Positions 31,836-43,489 are shown, counted from the stretch's first letter. The stretch is 64,000 bases of DNA from an uncultured Clostridia bacterium (GCA_934476235.1 CAKSNL010000004.1:110582-174581); one strand, 5' to 3'. Notes: generated by a model from the sequence alone, not told the origin. Numbers and translations are program-made.

Positions 31836-32741
31836 GTGATTAAAATAATAGACTTTTTTGCCAACATACTGAGCTATATTATTAATCCTATCTATAACTT
31901 TGTCGGAAATTACGGCGTTGCCGTAATTTTGTTTACGGTTATAGTTAAGGTACTGCTCGTTCCGCTTGGCGTTAAGCAGCAAAAGACAATGGTTAAGACC
32001 AAGCAGATAAAGCCGGAGCTTGATAAGATACAGTCAAAGTATAAAAACGACAAGGAAAAGCTCAACGAAGAAACGATGAAGCTTTATCAGAAGTATGACA
32101 TTAACCCTATGGGAGGATGTCTTCCCCTTCTGGTTCAGTTCCCAATTCTTTTGGGACTTTACAGAGTTATTCAGCATCCCATTAACTGGATATTAAGAAG
32201 CAATCCGGTTGACGCTATAGAAAAAATAATTGCCGAGGGAAAGATTACGGCAGATTATGCTTTAGAAGCTCTCCGTTCTCTTTGTGCATCGGCTGATAAG
32301 ATAGAGGGAATTAACGATGTTGCCTCGCTTGTTACAAAGTATTCTGAAGATGCGTCGCTCGGAGTTACTCAGATAGATATTGCGTCAAAGTTCAATCTTG
32401 TAAACTTTGATTTTCTGGGACTTGATCTTTCCGCAACTCCTTCTATAAGTGAGTTATCGTGGCTTTGGATAATCCCTATTTTAGCAACCGGTGCGGCATT
32501 TTTCTCAAACTGGGTTTCATCCAAAATTAATCCGGTTACGGGAGAGCAGGCGCAGACGATGAAGAGCATGAACCTTATGATGCCCTTAATGACTTTATTC
32601 TTTACGTTTACTCTTTCGGCGGGCATCGGCGTTTACTGGTTCTTCAGCACAATGTTATCGGTTGCTCAGATGTATATTCTGACAAAGTATTTTGAAAAGA
32701 AATATCCTTCCGTGGCTAATACGGGGAAAGGAAAAAAATAA
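31836..32741 (+). CDS. yidC: membrane protein insertase YidC/SpoIIIJ
   Basis: 60-kDa IMP core (GNYGVAVILFTVIVKVLLVPL, GGCLPLLVQFPIL). Non-ATG (GTG) start, exact start uncertain. Confidence 0.8.
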   Translation: MIKIIDFFANILSYIINPIYNFVGNYGVAVILFTVIVKVLLVPLGVKQQKTMVKTKQIKPELDKIQSKYKNDKEKLNEETMKLYQKYDINPMGGCLPLLVQFPILLGLYRVIQHPINWILRSNPVDAIEKIIAEGKITADYALEALRSLCASADKIEGINDVASLVTKYSEDASLGVTQIDIASKFNLVNFDFLGLDLSATPSISELSWLWIIPILATGAAFFSNWVSSKINPVTGEQAQTMKSMNLMMPLMTLFFTFTLSAGIGVYWFFSTMLSVAQMYILTKYFEKKYPSVANTGKGKK

Positions 32742-33397
32742 TGAGATTTGCAGAGAAAAAAGCAAAAACGGTTGACGAGGCGGTAAATCTGGCTTTAAAA
32801 GAGCTCGGCGCTTCGAAGGACGATGTTGATATTGAAATAATAGAGGAGACAAAGGGTCTTTTCGGAATTCTCGGAAACAAGGAAGTAAAGGTAAGGGTCA
32901 CTTTAAGAGAAAGAGAAGAAGTGTCCCGCGCCAAGGATTTCATAAAAAACGTTACCGAGAGACTCGGAATGAATATCGAGCAGGAAGTATCCTTTAATGA
33001 GAAGGACAATCTTTTAAAGATCGAATTAAAGGGCGAAGGATTGGGACTCTTGATAGGAAGAAGAGGAGAGACTTTAGATTCCATTCAGTACCTTACGAAT
33101 ATTTTTGTAAACAAGAAGTCGGACGATTATATAAAAGTTACGATTGACGCGGAAAATTACAGGGAGAGAAGAGAAGAATCTTTGGTTTCTTTGGCTAAGA
33201 GAACGGCATCTAAGGCAGTTAAGTACAGAAAGAACATGGTAATAGAGCCGAAAAATCCTTATGAAAGAAGAATAATTCACGAAGCTCTTCAGGATTATCC
33301 TGAGGTAACAACTTATTCGGTGGGAGAGGATCCCAACAGAAAGGTTATTGTAGCGTATAAGGGCATGGCAGGCGGCTACAGAAAAAATCAGGAATAA
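32741..33397 (+). CDS. jag: RNA-binding protein Jag/KhpB
   Basis: Jag_N, KH and R3H arrangement; ATG overlaps the yidC stop. Confidence 0.85.
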   Translation: MRFAEKKAKTVDEAVNLALKELGASKDDVDIEIIEETKGLFGILGNKEVKVRVTLREREEVSRAKDFIKNVTERLGMNIEQEVSFNEKDNLLKIELKGEGLGLLIGRRGETLDSIQYLTNIFVNKKSDDYIKVTIDAENYRERREESLVSLAKRTASKAVKYRKNMVIEPKNPYERRIIHEALQDYPEVTTYSVGEDPNRKVIVAYKGMAGGYRKNQE

Positions 33398-33407
33398 CTG
33401 TAAAGAA

Positions 33408-33432
33408 GCGGCACTGTAAGCCGCTTTTTTAT
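33408..33432 (+). terminator. terminator after jag
   Basis: AAGCGGC-actgta-AGCCGCTT followed by TTTTTT. Confidence 0.65.
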
Positions 33433-33449
33433 GTTAAGCGGAGGATATT

Positions 33450-34799
33450 ATGGCGGAAACGATAGCGGCGATAAGCACGGCTTTGGGAAAAGGCGGGATT
33501 TCGATAATAAGAATAAGCGGCGACAGGGCGATAGAAACGGCGGACAGGATTTTTAGGGGGAAAACAAAGCTTTCGGACGCAAAAACGCACACGATTCACT
33601 ACGGAAAAATAATGTCCGGGGAAAAGGTGATAGACGAGTGCCTTTGCTCGGTGATGAGGGCGCCCTTAAGCTATACCACCGAGGATATCGTGGAGATAAA
33701 CGTGCACGGCGGAATATATTCAGCCCAAATGACCCTTGATGCGGTCTTAAAAAACGGCGCCCGCCCGGCAAAGCCCGGAGAATTTACTCTCCGCGCATTC
33801 ATGAACGGAAGGATAGACCTTTCGGAGGCGGAGGCGGTCGGAGATATTATTGATTCAAAGACCGCGCTTTCACAGTCGACCGCGGTAAATCAGCTCGAAG
33901 GAAAATTAAAGGATCCCGTGAACAGTTTAAGAAGCCGCCTTATAGAAATTTTAGGATATATCACCGTTTCGTCGGATTTTCCGGACGAGGATCCCGATTC
34001 GCTTTCCGGGACAGATATTAAGAAGGAACTTGAAAATATTAAAAAAGAAACCGAAAAAATCTTAAATAATGCCGACAAGGGAATAATCATAAGAGAAGGG
34101 GCTCTATGTGCGATATGCGGAAAGCCGAATGTCGGCAAATCCTCGCTTTTGAACGCTTTAACGGGAACCGACCGCGCGATAGTCACGGATATTGAGGGAA
34201 CCACGCGCGATGTGATAGAGGAATATATAAACATTAAAGGGGTTCCCGTAAGAATAGCGGACACCGCGGGAATACGCGAGGATACGGATGAGGTTGAAAA
34301 GATAGGCGTTGAAAAAGCGCGCGAATATATAAAAAAAGCGGACATTTGCGTTTTTGTGACCGATAATTCAAGAAAATTTGAGAAAGCGGACGAAGAAATA
34401 TATTCCCTTCTTTCCGGAAAAAAGGTAATTACCGTTCGGAACAAGTCGGAACTTAAGGAGGAGTGCTCTCTCCCCTCTTATATAAAAGACCCGGTAAAAA
34501 TATCGGTAAAGACGGGAGAAGGGCTGTCGCTTCTTACGGACAGGATATACGAAAGCCTTATGGGAAAAGACTTTGAGTCCGACTCTGTAATGATTACAAA
34601 CAGCCGGCATAAGGAGGCTCTCGCCTTCTCGGACGAAATGATAAAAAAAGCGCTCAGAGAAATTGGCAGCGGCGCGCCGGTCGACCTTTGTTCGATATAT
34701 TTGGAGACGGCGGTCTCGCACCTCGGGGAAATTACCGGAATGACCGTTTCGGATGAGGTAATAGGAGAGGTGTTCTCAAAGTTTTGCATAGGAAAATAG
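33450..34799 (+). CDS. mnmE: tRNA modification GTPase MnmE
   Basis: G domain GKPNVGKSS, DTAG, NKSE and the C-terminal CIGK. Confidence 0.9.
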   Translation: MAETIAAISTALGKGGISIIRISGDRAIETADRIFRGKTKLSDAKTHTIHYGKIMSGEKVIDECLCSVMRAPLSYTTEDIVEINVHGGIYSAQMTLDAVLKNGARPAKPGEFTLRAFMNGRIDLSEAEAVGDIIDSKTALSQSTAVNQLEGKLKDPVNSLRSRLIEILGYITVSSDFPDEDPDSLSGTDIKKELENIKKETEKILNNADKGIIIREGALCAICGKPNVGKSSLLNALTGTDRAIVTDIEGTTRDVIEEYINIKGVPVRIADTAGIREDTDEVEKIGVEKAREYIKKADICVFVTDNSRKFEKADEEIYSLLSGKKVITVRNKSELKEECSLPSYIKDPVKISVKTGEGLSLLTDRIYESLMGKDFESDSVMITNSRHKEALAFSDEMIKKALREIGSGAPVDLCSIYLETAVSHLGEITGMTVSDEVIGEVFSKFCIGK

Positions 34800-34809
34800 G
34801 TGAATTTTA

Positions 34810-36684
34810 ATGGAACTTTTCAAAGCGGGAAAATATGACGTTGCGGTAATAGGAGCGGGGCACGCCGGCTGCGAGGCGGCGCTTGCCGCCTCTAAAATGG
34901 GATGCTCCGTAATCATGTTTTCGGTTAATCTTGACGCGGTGGCGAACATGCCGTGCAATCCGCACATCGGCGGAACGGCGAAGGGTCACCTTGTAAGGGA
35001 GATAGACGCGCTCGGCGGTGAAATGGGAAAAGCGGCGGACGAAACATATATACAGATAAAAATGCTGAACCTCGGAAAAGGTCCGGCGGTTCATTCTCTC
35101 CGCGCGCAGATTGACAGAATGAAGTACCGCGAGCGGATGAAGCACACGATAGAGCTTCAGGAAAATCTGGATTTAAAGCAGGGCGAGGTCACGGACATAA
35201 ATTTTGAGGACGGAAAGGTCAAAAGCGTTGTCACCAACACCGGTGCGGTGTATGACGTTTCGTGCTGTATCATTGCGACCGGAACGTACTTAAACGGCAG
35301 AATAGTTATCGGAGAATTAAAAATCGACGGCGGACCGGACGGGATGATGCCGGCAAAGGGACTTTCCGAAAGCCTTGTAAAAGCCGGAGTCAGACTTATG
35401 CGTTTTAAGACGGGAACGCCTTCGCGCTTAAACAGAAGAAGCGTGGACTTTTCAAAGATGGAGCATCAGACGGAAGAAGATCCGCCCCTCCCCTTCTCAT
35501 TTGAAACCGAAAATATGCGCCCCAGCACGGCGGAGTGCTATATAACCTACACCAATTCCGAGACGCATAAGATCATAAAGGACAATATTGAAAGAGCTCC
35601 GCTTTTTAACAAGTCCATCAAGGGCACGGGTCCGAGGTACTGCCCGTCCATCGAGGATAAGGTTATGCGCTTTGCGGATAAGGAGCGCCACCAGATATTT
35701 ATCGAGCCGATGGGCGAAAACACGGAAGAACTCTATGTACAGGGCATGTCGTCAAGCCTTCCGGAGGATGTGCAGATCAAAATGCTTCATTCCATAAAGG
35801 GACTTGAAAATGCAAAGATTCAGAGAAACGCTTACGCGATAGAGTATGACTGTCTGGATCCGACTCAGCTTAGATCGACCCTGGAATTTAAAGAAATATC
35901 GGGACTTTTCGGAGCGGGTCAGTTTAACGGAAGCTCCGGCTATGAGGAGGCGGCGTGCCAGGGACTCATGGCGGGAATCAATGCGGCGCTTAAGGTAAAT
36001 GGAAAGCCGCCGTTTGTGCTTGACCGGTCGGAGGCGTACATCGGTGTTCTTATTGACGATCTTACCGTAAAGGGAACCGCGGAGCCTTACAGGATGCTCA
36101 CCTCGCGTGCGGAATACCGCCTTTTGCTCCGCCAGGACAATGCGGACTTAAGACTCACAGAAAAGGGCTATGAGCTCGGGCTTATTTCCGAGGAGCGATA
36201 CAAGGCGTTTTTATTAAAAAAGCGCATGATAGAAGAGGAAATTGACCGCTGCGAGAAAAAGAACATCTCTCCGGCAGCGGCAAACCCGGTTCTTGAAAGA
36301 TTCGGGAGCACCCCGATAACAACGGGATTTAAGTTGGGCGAGCTTATAAGGCGCCCGGAGCTTAATTACTTTGTGTTAAAGGACTCAGATCCCGACCGTC
36401 CTCCCCTTCCCTATGCGGTTTCGGAGGAGGTTAATATCGCGGTTAAATACGACGGCTATATAAAAATGCAGAAAGAACAGGTGGACGCATTCAAAAAGCT
36501 TGAAAAGAGGAAGATTCCCGAGGATATTGACTATGACCTTATCAGCGGGCTTAAAAAGGAAGCGCGCGAAAAGCTTAAAAGGAAAAAACCCGAAAACATC
36601 GGTCAGGCGGGAAGAATATCCGGCGTTTCGCCCGCCGATATAGCGGTTTTGTACATTTATCTTGACCAGAACAAAAGAGGGTGA
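34810..36684 (+). CDS. mnmG: tRNA uridine 5-carboxymethylaminomethyl modification enzyme MnmG
   Basis: FAD site [12 protein letters not shown]; 624 aa GidA. Confidence 0.95.
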   Translation: MELFKAGKYDVAVIGAGHAGCEAALAASKMGCSVIMFSVNLDAVANMPCNPHIGGTAKGHLVREIDALGGEMGKAADETYIQIKMLNLGKGPAVHSLRAQIDRMKYRERMKHTIELQENLDLKQGEVTDINFEDGKVKSVVTNTGAVYDVSCCIIATGTYLNGRIVIGELKIDGGPDGMMPAKGLSESLVKAGVRLMRFKTGTPSRLNRRSVDFSKMEHQTEEDPPLPFSFETENMRPSTAECYITYTNSETHKIIKDNIERAPLFNKSIKGTGPRYCPSIEDKVMRFADKERHQIFIEPMGENTEELYVQGMSSSLPEDVQIKMLHSIKGLENAKIQRNAYAIEYDCLDPTQLRSTLEFKEISGLFGAGQFNGSSGYEEAACQGLMAGINAALKVNGKPPFVLDRSEAYIGVLIDDLTVKGTAEPYRMLTSRAEYRLLLRQDNADLRLTEKGYELGLISEERYKAFLLKKRMIEEEIDRCEKKNISPAAANPVLERFGSTPITTGFKLGELIRRPELNYFVLKDSDPDRPPLPYAVSEEVNIAVKYDGYIKMQKEQVDAFKKLEKRKIPEDIDYDLISGLKKEAREKLKRKKPENIGQAGRISGVSPADIAVLYIYLDQNKRG

Positions 36685-37381
36685 GATTATTAAAGAGAAT
36701 ATTTATCCGGTTGAGATTTCCGAAAAGGCGTGCTCTGACCTTGAAAAATATTCGGAGCTTTTAACGGAGCATAACAAGGTGATGAATCTCACCGCCATAA
36801 CAGAGAAAAGCGAGATCAGAATAAAGCATTTTGCGGACTGCCTGTCGCTTTTAACGCTCGGAATAATCAAAGATGGCATGAGCATTGCGGATGTCGGCAC
36901 CGGCGCGGGTTTTCCGGGGCTGCCGTTAAAGATTGCCGCCCCCTCCCTTTGTGTAACGCTTATTGACGCGCTGGAAAAAAGAGTCGGATTTTTAAACACG
37001 GTTATAGAAAAGCTCTCGCTTGAAAATATAAGCGCCGTTCACAAAAGGGCGGAGGATGCGGGGCATGACAGTCATCTTCGCGAAAGCTTTGATATTGCGG
37101 CTTCCCGTGCGGTAGCGCCGCTTTCGGTTCTTTCGGAATACTGCCTTCCTCTGGTAAAAACGGGAGGATATTTTCTGGCGATGAAGGGACCCGATCCCGA
37201 AAGCGAGGTAAAGGAGGCAAAAAGCGCTGTAGAAACGCTCGGAGGGAAAACGGAGGAGATAAAGCGCTTAACCGTTGCGGACGGGATAGTCCACAGCGCC
37301 GTTATAATAAAAAAAATATCGCAAACACCGCAAAAATATCCCAGAAAAGCCGGCAAACCGGCAAAAAGCCCGCTTAAATGA
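36662..37381 (+). CDS. rsmG: 16S rRNA (guanine527-N7)-methyltransferase RsmG
   Basis: GidB motifs NLTAI and [12 protein letters not shown]. No ATG before the conserved N-terminus, so a TTG/ATT-type start; 5' coordinate uncertain. Confidence 0.75.
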   Translation: MTRTKEGEIIKENIYPVEISEKACSDLEKYSELLTEHNKVMNLTAITEKSEIRIKHFADCLSLLTLGIIKDGMSIADVGTGAGFPGLPLKIAAPSLCVTLIDALEKRVGFLNTVIEKLSLENISAVHKRAEDAGHDSHLRESFDIAASRAVAPLSVLSEYCLPLVKTGGYFLAMKGPDPESEVKEAKSAVETLGGKTEEIKRLTVADGIVHSAVIIKKISQTPQKYPRKAGKPAKSPLK

Positions 37382-37470
37382 CACAAGCGCGGCGAAAAAA
37401 GGCGAAAACTTATTATTTACAAAAAATGGAAAAAGTGTTATCATATACTTGTTCAAAAGATAGCACAAAA

Positions 37471-37503
37471 GGACCGCTTTTGAATAAAAGCGGTCCTTTT
37501 TTA
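37471..37503 (+). terminator. terminator after rsmG
   Basis: AAAGGACCGCTTTT-gaat-AAAAGCGGTCCTTT followed by TTT. Confidence 0.65.
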
Positions 37504-37515
37504 AGGAGGATATAA

Positions 37516-38334
37516 ATGATAAGCGCCGTATTTTCGGAAGAAATACCGAAAAAAGTAATTGACATACCGCTTGAAAGAATCGAAACAAATCCCACCCAGC
37601 CGAGAAGGTTTTTTGACCTTGAGGCGCTGGCGGAGCTTGCCGCCTCCATTGACGAGTACGGAGTCATTCAGCCGATAACGGTTAAAAAGAAGGCTAACGG
37701 AAGCTTTTTAATTATTGCCGGGGAAAGGCGCTACCGTGCAAGCTGCATGGCAAAAAAGCGCACCATTCCGGCGATAGTAGTCAATTTAAGCGATTCACAG
37801 AGCGCGGCGATAGCGCTTCTGGAAAACCTTCAGAGAAAGGATCTGACATTTTTCGAAGAAGCTGAAGGTTATGCACGATTAATGAATGAGTACAACATGA
37901 CGCAGGACGAGCTTTCGGAAAAGCTCGGAAAGAGTCAGTCCGCTATTGCAAACAAGTTACGGCTTTTAAAGCTTGATGACGAATCGAAAACAGCAATATT
38001 TGAAGCAGGACTTACCGAAAGACACGCGAGGGCGCTTTTGAGACTTGCAAATAAAAAAAGCAGAGAAAAAGCCCTCAAGCTGATAATAGAAAAAAAGTTA
38101 AACGTTGCAAAGACGGAAAACCTTATTGACCGGTTGTCGGAGGACGAGGCTGAAAGCAAGCGCCTTAACGCATTCAAGGCGGTCATGAGCGAGGAAGCGA
38201 AAAAACAGAAGATATTTTGCAATACGGTTAACAAAGCGATACGGCTTTTGGACAAGTCCGGAATCAAGACCGAGATTGAGCAGTCCGAGGACGCCGACAG
38301 CTTTATCTATAAAATCAGCATAAAAAAAGCCTGA
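37516..38334 (+). CDS. noc: nucleoid occlusion protein (ParB paralogue)
   Basis: ParB-like GERRYRA motif and HTH; position between rsmG and soj is typical of Firmicutes noc. Confidence 0.7.
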   Translation: MISAVFSEEIPKKVIDIPLERIETNPTQPRRFFDLEALAELAASIDEYGVIQPITVKKKANGSFLIIAGERRYRASCMAKKRTIPAIVVNLSDSQSAAIALLENLQRKDLTFFEEAEGYARLMNEYNMTQDELSEKLGKSQSAIANKLRLLKLDDESKTAIFEAGLTERHARALLRLANKKSREKALKLIIEKKLNVAKTENLIDRLSEDEAESKRLNAFKAVMSEEAKKQKIFCNTVNKAIRLLDKSGIKTEIEQSEDADSFIYKISIKKA

Positions 38335-38379
38335 ACCGAAGAGGTTCTTCATTAACCCCCTTCTTCCTTGTCGGCGGAG

Positions 38380-38395
38380 TGTTTCACGTGAAACA
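38380..38395. promoter_or_regulatory. parS centromere site (perfect)
   Basis: TGTTTCACGTGAAACA, embedded in a 34-bp palindrome at 38371-38404 followed by a T-run. Confidence 0.85.
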
Positions 38396-38417
38396 CTCCG
38401 CCGAATATTTTTTTAAA

Positions 38418-38433
38418 TGTTTCACGTGAAACG
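38418..38433. promoter_or_regulatory. parS-like site (15/16 match)
   Basis: TGTTTCACGTGAAACG. Confidence 0.7.
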
Positions 38434-38496
38434 ATTGCAATTTAAAAGGAAGTGTGATATACTTATAAAAGACGAACAAATGAAAAGAGGAACGCT

Positions 38497-39261
38497 ATGG
38501 GGAAAGTGATTGCACTCGCAAACCAGAAAGGCGGAGTCGGAAAAACGACGACTGCGGTGAACCTAAGCGCCGCACTTGCCGAAAAAGGCAAAAAGATTCT
38601 TCTTGTTGATTCGGACGCGCAGGGCAACGCCACAAGCGGGCTCGGAATCAAGGTTGAAAAAAATAAAAAAACTCTCTATAATGTTATAACAGAAGACGAG
38701 CCGATAAGCTCTGTGATTGTAAAGACGACGTACGACCGCCTTTATGTGTGCCCGTCGGACGTGGAGCTTTCAGGAGCGGAAATCGAGCTTGTTGACGCGG
38801 AGGACAGAGCATACAGACTGAAAAAGGCGCTTGCTAAAGTTAAAGGGGACTATGACTTTATTTTAATAGACTGTCCCCCCTCCCTCGGACTGGTAACGCT
38901 CAATGCGCTTGCCGCGGCGGACACGGTTTTGGTTCCCATACAGTGTGAGTTTTATGCGCTTGAAGGACTGGCGCTTCTGACAGGAACGATAAAACGGGTG
39001 AAAAAGAGCATCAACCCTGACATTGAATTTGAGGGCGTGCTTTTGACGATGTTCAACGGAAGGGCAAACCTTTCAATTCAGGTGGCGGACGAGGTTAAAA
39101 GATATTTCCGCGAAAAGGTCTACAAGACCGTGATTCCGAGAAATATCAGGCTTTCCGAGGCTCCGGGCTTCGGAGAATCGGTGCTGACGTATGACTCGCG
39201 CTCCAAGGGCGCGGAAAGCTACCGCGCGCTGGCGGACGAGGTCATTAAATACAACAGATAA
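38497..39261 (+). CDS. soj: ParA-family chromosome partitioning ATPase Soj
   Basis: Deviant Walker A KGGVGKTT; 254 aa. Confidence 0.9.
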   Translation: MGKVIALANQKGGVGKTTTAVNLSAALAEKGKKILLVDSDAQGNATSGLGIKVEKNKKTLYNVITEDEPISSVIVKTTYDRLYVCPSDVELSGAEIELVDAEDRAYRLKKALAKVKGDYDFILIDCPPSLGLVTLNALAAADTVLVPIQCEFYALEGLALLTGTIKRVKKSINPDIEFEGVLLTMFNGRANLSIQVADEVKRYFREKVYKTVIPRNIRLSEAPGFGESVLTYDSRSKGAESYRALADEVIKYNR

Positions 39262-39279
39262 AACGAAAGGGAAAAAGCT

Positions 39280-40146
39280 ATGGCGAAAAAAGGACTCGGA
39301 AGAGGGCTTGACGCGCTTATTCCGACGGAAGAAATAACTGAAGGAAACGAAAACAAAGAATTTGTTTTCGTCAGCACGGCTTTTGTGGAGCCGAACAGAA
39401 AACAACCGAGAAAGCACTTTGACGAAGAAGAGCTCGAAGCTCTTTCGGAGTCGGTCAAAAGATACGGAGTGCTTCAGCCGATAACGGTTAAGGACGAGAA
39501 AAACGGATTTTACTCCATTATTGCCGGGGAAAGGCGCTGGAGAGCCGCAAAATTAGCGGGTCTTTCCGAGGTACCGGTCAGAATTGTCGATTTTTCGTCG
39601 CTTGAGGAGCTGGAGGTCTCGCTGATAGAGAATCTCCAGAGGACGGATCTTGACCCCGTGGAAGAAGCGATGGGCTATAAACGCCTGATGGACGAACATT
39701 CGCTCACACAGGAGGAGGTAAGCAAAAAGGTCGGAAAAAGCAGAAGCGCAGTTGCGAATGCTTTGAGAATACTGACTCTCCCTGAAAAGGTGAGGGGGCT
39801 TTTGATAGAAAAAAGGATATCCGCCGGTCACGCGAAAGCGATATTGATGGTCGCGGATGAGAAGAAACAGGAATTTTTAGCGGACAGGATAGTTTCGGAC
39901 GGGCTTTCGGTTCGCAGTGCGGAGAGTCTTGCCGCGGCGCTTAACTCGGAAAAAGAAAAAAAGGCACCCGCAAAGAAAAGCGAAAAGACGCCGGAGGTCA
40001 AGGACCTTGAAAGGAGCCTTTCGGACAGCCTCGGAACAAAGGTCCTGCTTGAAGAAAAGAAAAAAGGCGGCAGGATTGAAATCGAATACTACAACAAAGA
40101 TCAGCTTGAAGCCATAATCGGATACTTAAAAAAGTATCAAAGATAG
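39280..40146 (+). CDS. spo0J: chromosome partitioning protein ParB/Spo0J
   Basis: ParB box GERRWRAA and HTH. Confidence 0.9.
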   Translation: MAKKGLGRGLDALIPTEEITEGNENKEFVFVSTAFVEPNRKQPRKHFDEEELEALSESVKRYGVLQPITVKDEKNGFYSIIAGERRWRAAKLAGLSEVPVRIVDFSSLEELEVSLIENLQRTDLDPVEEAMGYKRLMDEHSLTQEEVSKKVGKSRSAVANALRILTLPEKVRGLLIEKRISAGHAKAILMVADEKKQEFLADRIVSDGLSVRSAESLAAALNSEKEKKAPAKKSEKTPEVKDLERSLSDSLGTKVLLEEKKKGGRIEIEYYNKDQLEAIIGYLKKYQR

Positions 40147-40159
40147 AAAGGAAAAAAGG

Positions 40160-41512
40160 ATGAAAAAATTACTTGCTCTGACGGCTGTATTTTTCTTTAT
40201 CTTTACAATTGCTCCTTTTGCGGCGTTGTTTGACGATGCTGCAAACCATTGGGCAAAGCCTTATATAGAAGCGCTTGCGATGGAAGGGGTTATAAACGGC
40301 GTATCGGACAATAGCTTTGCGCCGGACAGCTCTGTTACAAGGGAGCAGTTTTTGAAAATGCTCATGATCGTATCGGCTAAGGACGCAAACACAAGGGAGC
40401 TTTTCGAAAACCCGCCGAAAAGAGAAAGCGAGACTGAGGAATCGCCGTTTTCGGACGTTTTAAAGGATCGGTGGAGCTATTACTATATTAAAGAGGCATA
40501 CGGCACGATTATATTTACGGAAGAATACGGCGAAAAATTCGAACCGGTGAAGTATATCACGAGAGAAGAGGCAGCCGTGTGGATGAGCCGCGCGCTTCAG
40601 CTTTCGCCCGGCGCGCCCGATTTTACCGATAATGACCTTATAGGTAAAAAGGAGCTTGTCGGCGCAGCGGCGGCAAGCGGGCTTATCACGGGATTTCCGG
40701 ACAAGAGCTTTCGCCCGGGCCACACACTCACGAGGGCGGAGGCGTCCGTAATGCTTTTCCGCGCCGGACAGCTTAATGCAAAGATGATTTCCGAGTCTTA
40801 CACGGAGGTTGCCAAGGAATTCAAAAGAGAGTTATACACGGACGGCACGGAGGAAAACGTTAAAATAACGACCAACGGCGAAAGCTATGCCGTTACCGTC
40901 AACGATGTGACGGTTCTCGGAGGTGAGTGTGATACCGCGCAAAGCCGCTATTATGTGATCGACATTGACAAAAGCGACAGTTTTAAGGAAATTGCGGTTG
41001 TTGAGAAGGACCTTGGCGATTCGGCGCTTGCAATATACAGGTACACCGGAACCACGCTTTATCTTATGGGCAGAGTCGAAAGCGTCGGTGATATTGCGGT
41101 GAGAACCGATAATACGCCGATAGGCGACGACTGGGGCGCCGTCAGCATAAATATGGACGGCAGCATAACGGCGAACATCGGAGTTCAGTTTGTTCACACC
41201 ATGCTGATCCGCCGCCAGTTTAAGTTAAACTCCAGAATGAGGATAGAGCCGGTCGGAGATGAGTTTTATACCATCGGAAAATATTCATCCTTTACGGTGA
41301 AGAACGACCTTGAAAGCTCATATTCCGACGAGGCGCACCCGAACATCTTATTAAAATCGGGATATGCGGGTTCGATAGTTAAAACAGACCTTAAAAACTG
41401 GATATACATCGAAACCGGAAGCGGTGACAAGGGATGGATATATGTCAGTGAGGGACTGGTAAACGGACTCATTTTGTCAGACTATCTTGACGGGCTTTAT
41501 TATGCAGGGTAA
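40160..41512 (+). CDS. S-layer homology (SLH) domain cell-surface protein
   Basis: Signal peptide plus three SLH-like repeats (FxDxxxHWAxxYI; ITGFPDKSFRPGHTLTRAEA). Confidence 0.65.
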   Translation: MKKLLALTAVFFFIFTIAPFAALFDDAANHWAKPYIEALAMEGVINGVSDNSFAPDSSVTREQFLKMLMIVSAKDANTRELFENPPKRESETEESPFSDVLKDRWSYYYIKEAYGTIIFTEEYGEKFEPVKYITREEAAVWMSRALQLSPGAPDFTDNDLIGKKELVGAAAASGLITGFPDKSFRPGHTLTRAEASVMLFRAGQLNAKMISESYTEVAKEFKRELYTDGTEENVKITTNGESYAVTVNDVTVLGGECDTAQSRYYVIDIDKSDSFKEIAVVEKDLGDSALAIYRYTGTTLYLMGRVESVGDIAVRTDNTPIGDDWGAVSINMDGSITANIGVQFVHTMLIRRQFKLNSRMRIEPVGDEFYTIGKYSSFTVKNDLESSYSDEAHPNILLKSGYAGSIVKTDLKNWIYIETGSGDKGWIYVSEGLVNGLILSDYLDGLYYAG

Positions 41513-41551
41513 CATAGAACGCTCCGGCGTTCTATGCGGAAAAATATATAA

Positions 41552-42202
<651 letters not shown>

Positions 42203-42211
42203 TAAAATAAA

Positions 42212-42247
42212 AAACACGGTGTGCATTAATGCACACCGTGTTTTTTA
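42212..42247. terminator. bidirectional terminator
   Basis: AAAAACACGGTGTGCAT-taa-TGCACACCGTGTTTTT. Confidence 0.8.
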
Positions 42248-43489
42248 TTTGTATAAGGGAGCGAAGCTTTCGGGAGCGTCGCCGAAGTCCGGCACATCCA
42301 TCGTGATTCCGCCCTTTAATGCGGATTCGTGAGCGATAAGACCGGGAACCATGTAACGTGCCGCATCCCACGCATTGTTGGGAGGAAGCTTATCTGCCTT
42401 GACTGCGCGGACAAAATCGTCCACTAAGAAGGGGTGCGAGTTAAAGTGCGGGTGAATGTTTTTCTCTCTGAACGGCTCGGGAAGCCTTGAAAGGTCCTGA
42501 ATCGGCGAAAAACCTTCAATATAGCGCACGGAGCAGGGGTCCTTGGTCATGTCCATTGTTCCTGAGTGCTTGTCTTCAACATAGCGATAGGTGTTGATGA
42601 GCTCGTCAAGATATTCAATTCTCGGACCGTCCGGAGCGCTGTGACCGCGCTGGAAGGTGTGTTGAGTGACGCTGCACTCATACGAGCCCTCATCGCCGTA
42701 AAATGCGGTAATGTAGGACGACGGCTTGTTGATGCCGACCCTTCTGAACTCGTTTACTCTCATTACACCTCCGCCGGAGAGTGAGAAAAGCGCCGTTTCA
42801 TTGGAAAACGGGTTGTCCCAGTAGTTTTTGCCCTTGCCGTATATGCCGTCGGCATTGCGGTCCTCATAGCCGAAGCACGAAACCTTCTTAATGTGCTCGC
42901 CGGGAAGTGCGGAGAGAATCATCGAAATGGAATGTGTGGGATAGAACATCGGCGGGATGCCTGCGGGCTTTCTCCAATCGTCGCCCGCGGAGTGCTTGAA
43001 ATCGGCGTACATCTCGCTGATATCGTGGTAATACTGCGATTCGCCGTAAACAAACTTGCCGAATCCGCCTTCCTTGTATTTTTCGCGGCAGTAGATGGCA
43101 CAGGGATAGTAATAGCACGTCTCGCCCATCATATACACCTTGCCCGTTTTCTTAACCGTTTCAATGATTTCGCCGATCTCGTCGATCTCGCACGCGATCG
43201 GAACCGCGGAATAAACGTTTTTCCCCGCCTCCAGTGCCTTTATAACCATCGGACCGTGAAGGTGGCGCTGCGTGAAAATCGCAACAGAGTCAATGTCCGG
43301 AGCTTCTTTGAGCATTTCGTCAAGCCCCAGAAAGCCACGCTTTAAGCCGTGGCGCGCCATTGCGTCCTTCACGCGCTCGGGCACAACGTCCGCTATAACG
43401 ACCTCCTCAACATCCGGATGAAGCTTAAAGAGCCTTATAAAGTCGCCCGAGAAAAATCCGGCGCCGACAACGCCTATTTTAATTCCCAT
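42245..43489 (-). CDS. Gfo/Idh/MocA family oxidoreductase
   Basis: Rossmann fold IGVVGAGFFSG; ATG at 43489 with a GAGGTGA RBS. Confidence 0.75.
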   Translation of the reverse strand: MGIKIGVVGAGFFSGDFIRLFKLHPDVEEVVIADVVPERVKDAMARHGLKRGFLGLDEMLKEAPDIDSVAIFTQRHLHGPMVIKALEAGKNVYSAVPIACEIDEIGEIIETVKKTGKVYMMGETCYYYPCAIYCREKYKEGGFGKFVYGESQYYHDISEMYADFKHSAGDDWRKPAGIPPMFYPTHSISMILSALPGEHIKKVSCFGYEDRNADGIYGKGKNYWDNPFSNETALFSLSGGGVMRVNEFRRVGINKPSSYITAFYGDEGSYECSVTQHTFQRGHSAPDGPRIEYLDELINTYRYVEDKHSGTMDMTKDPCSVRYIEGFSPIQDLSRLPEPFREKNIHPHFNSHPFLVDDFVRAVKADKLPPNNAWDAARYMVPGLIAHESALKGGITMDVPDFGDAPESFAPLYK

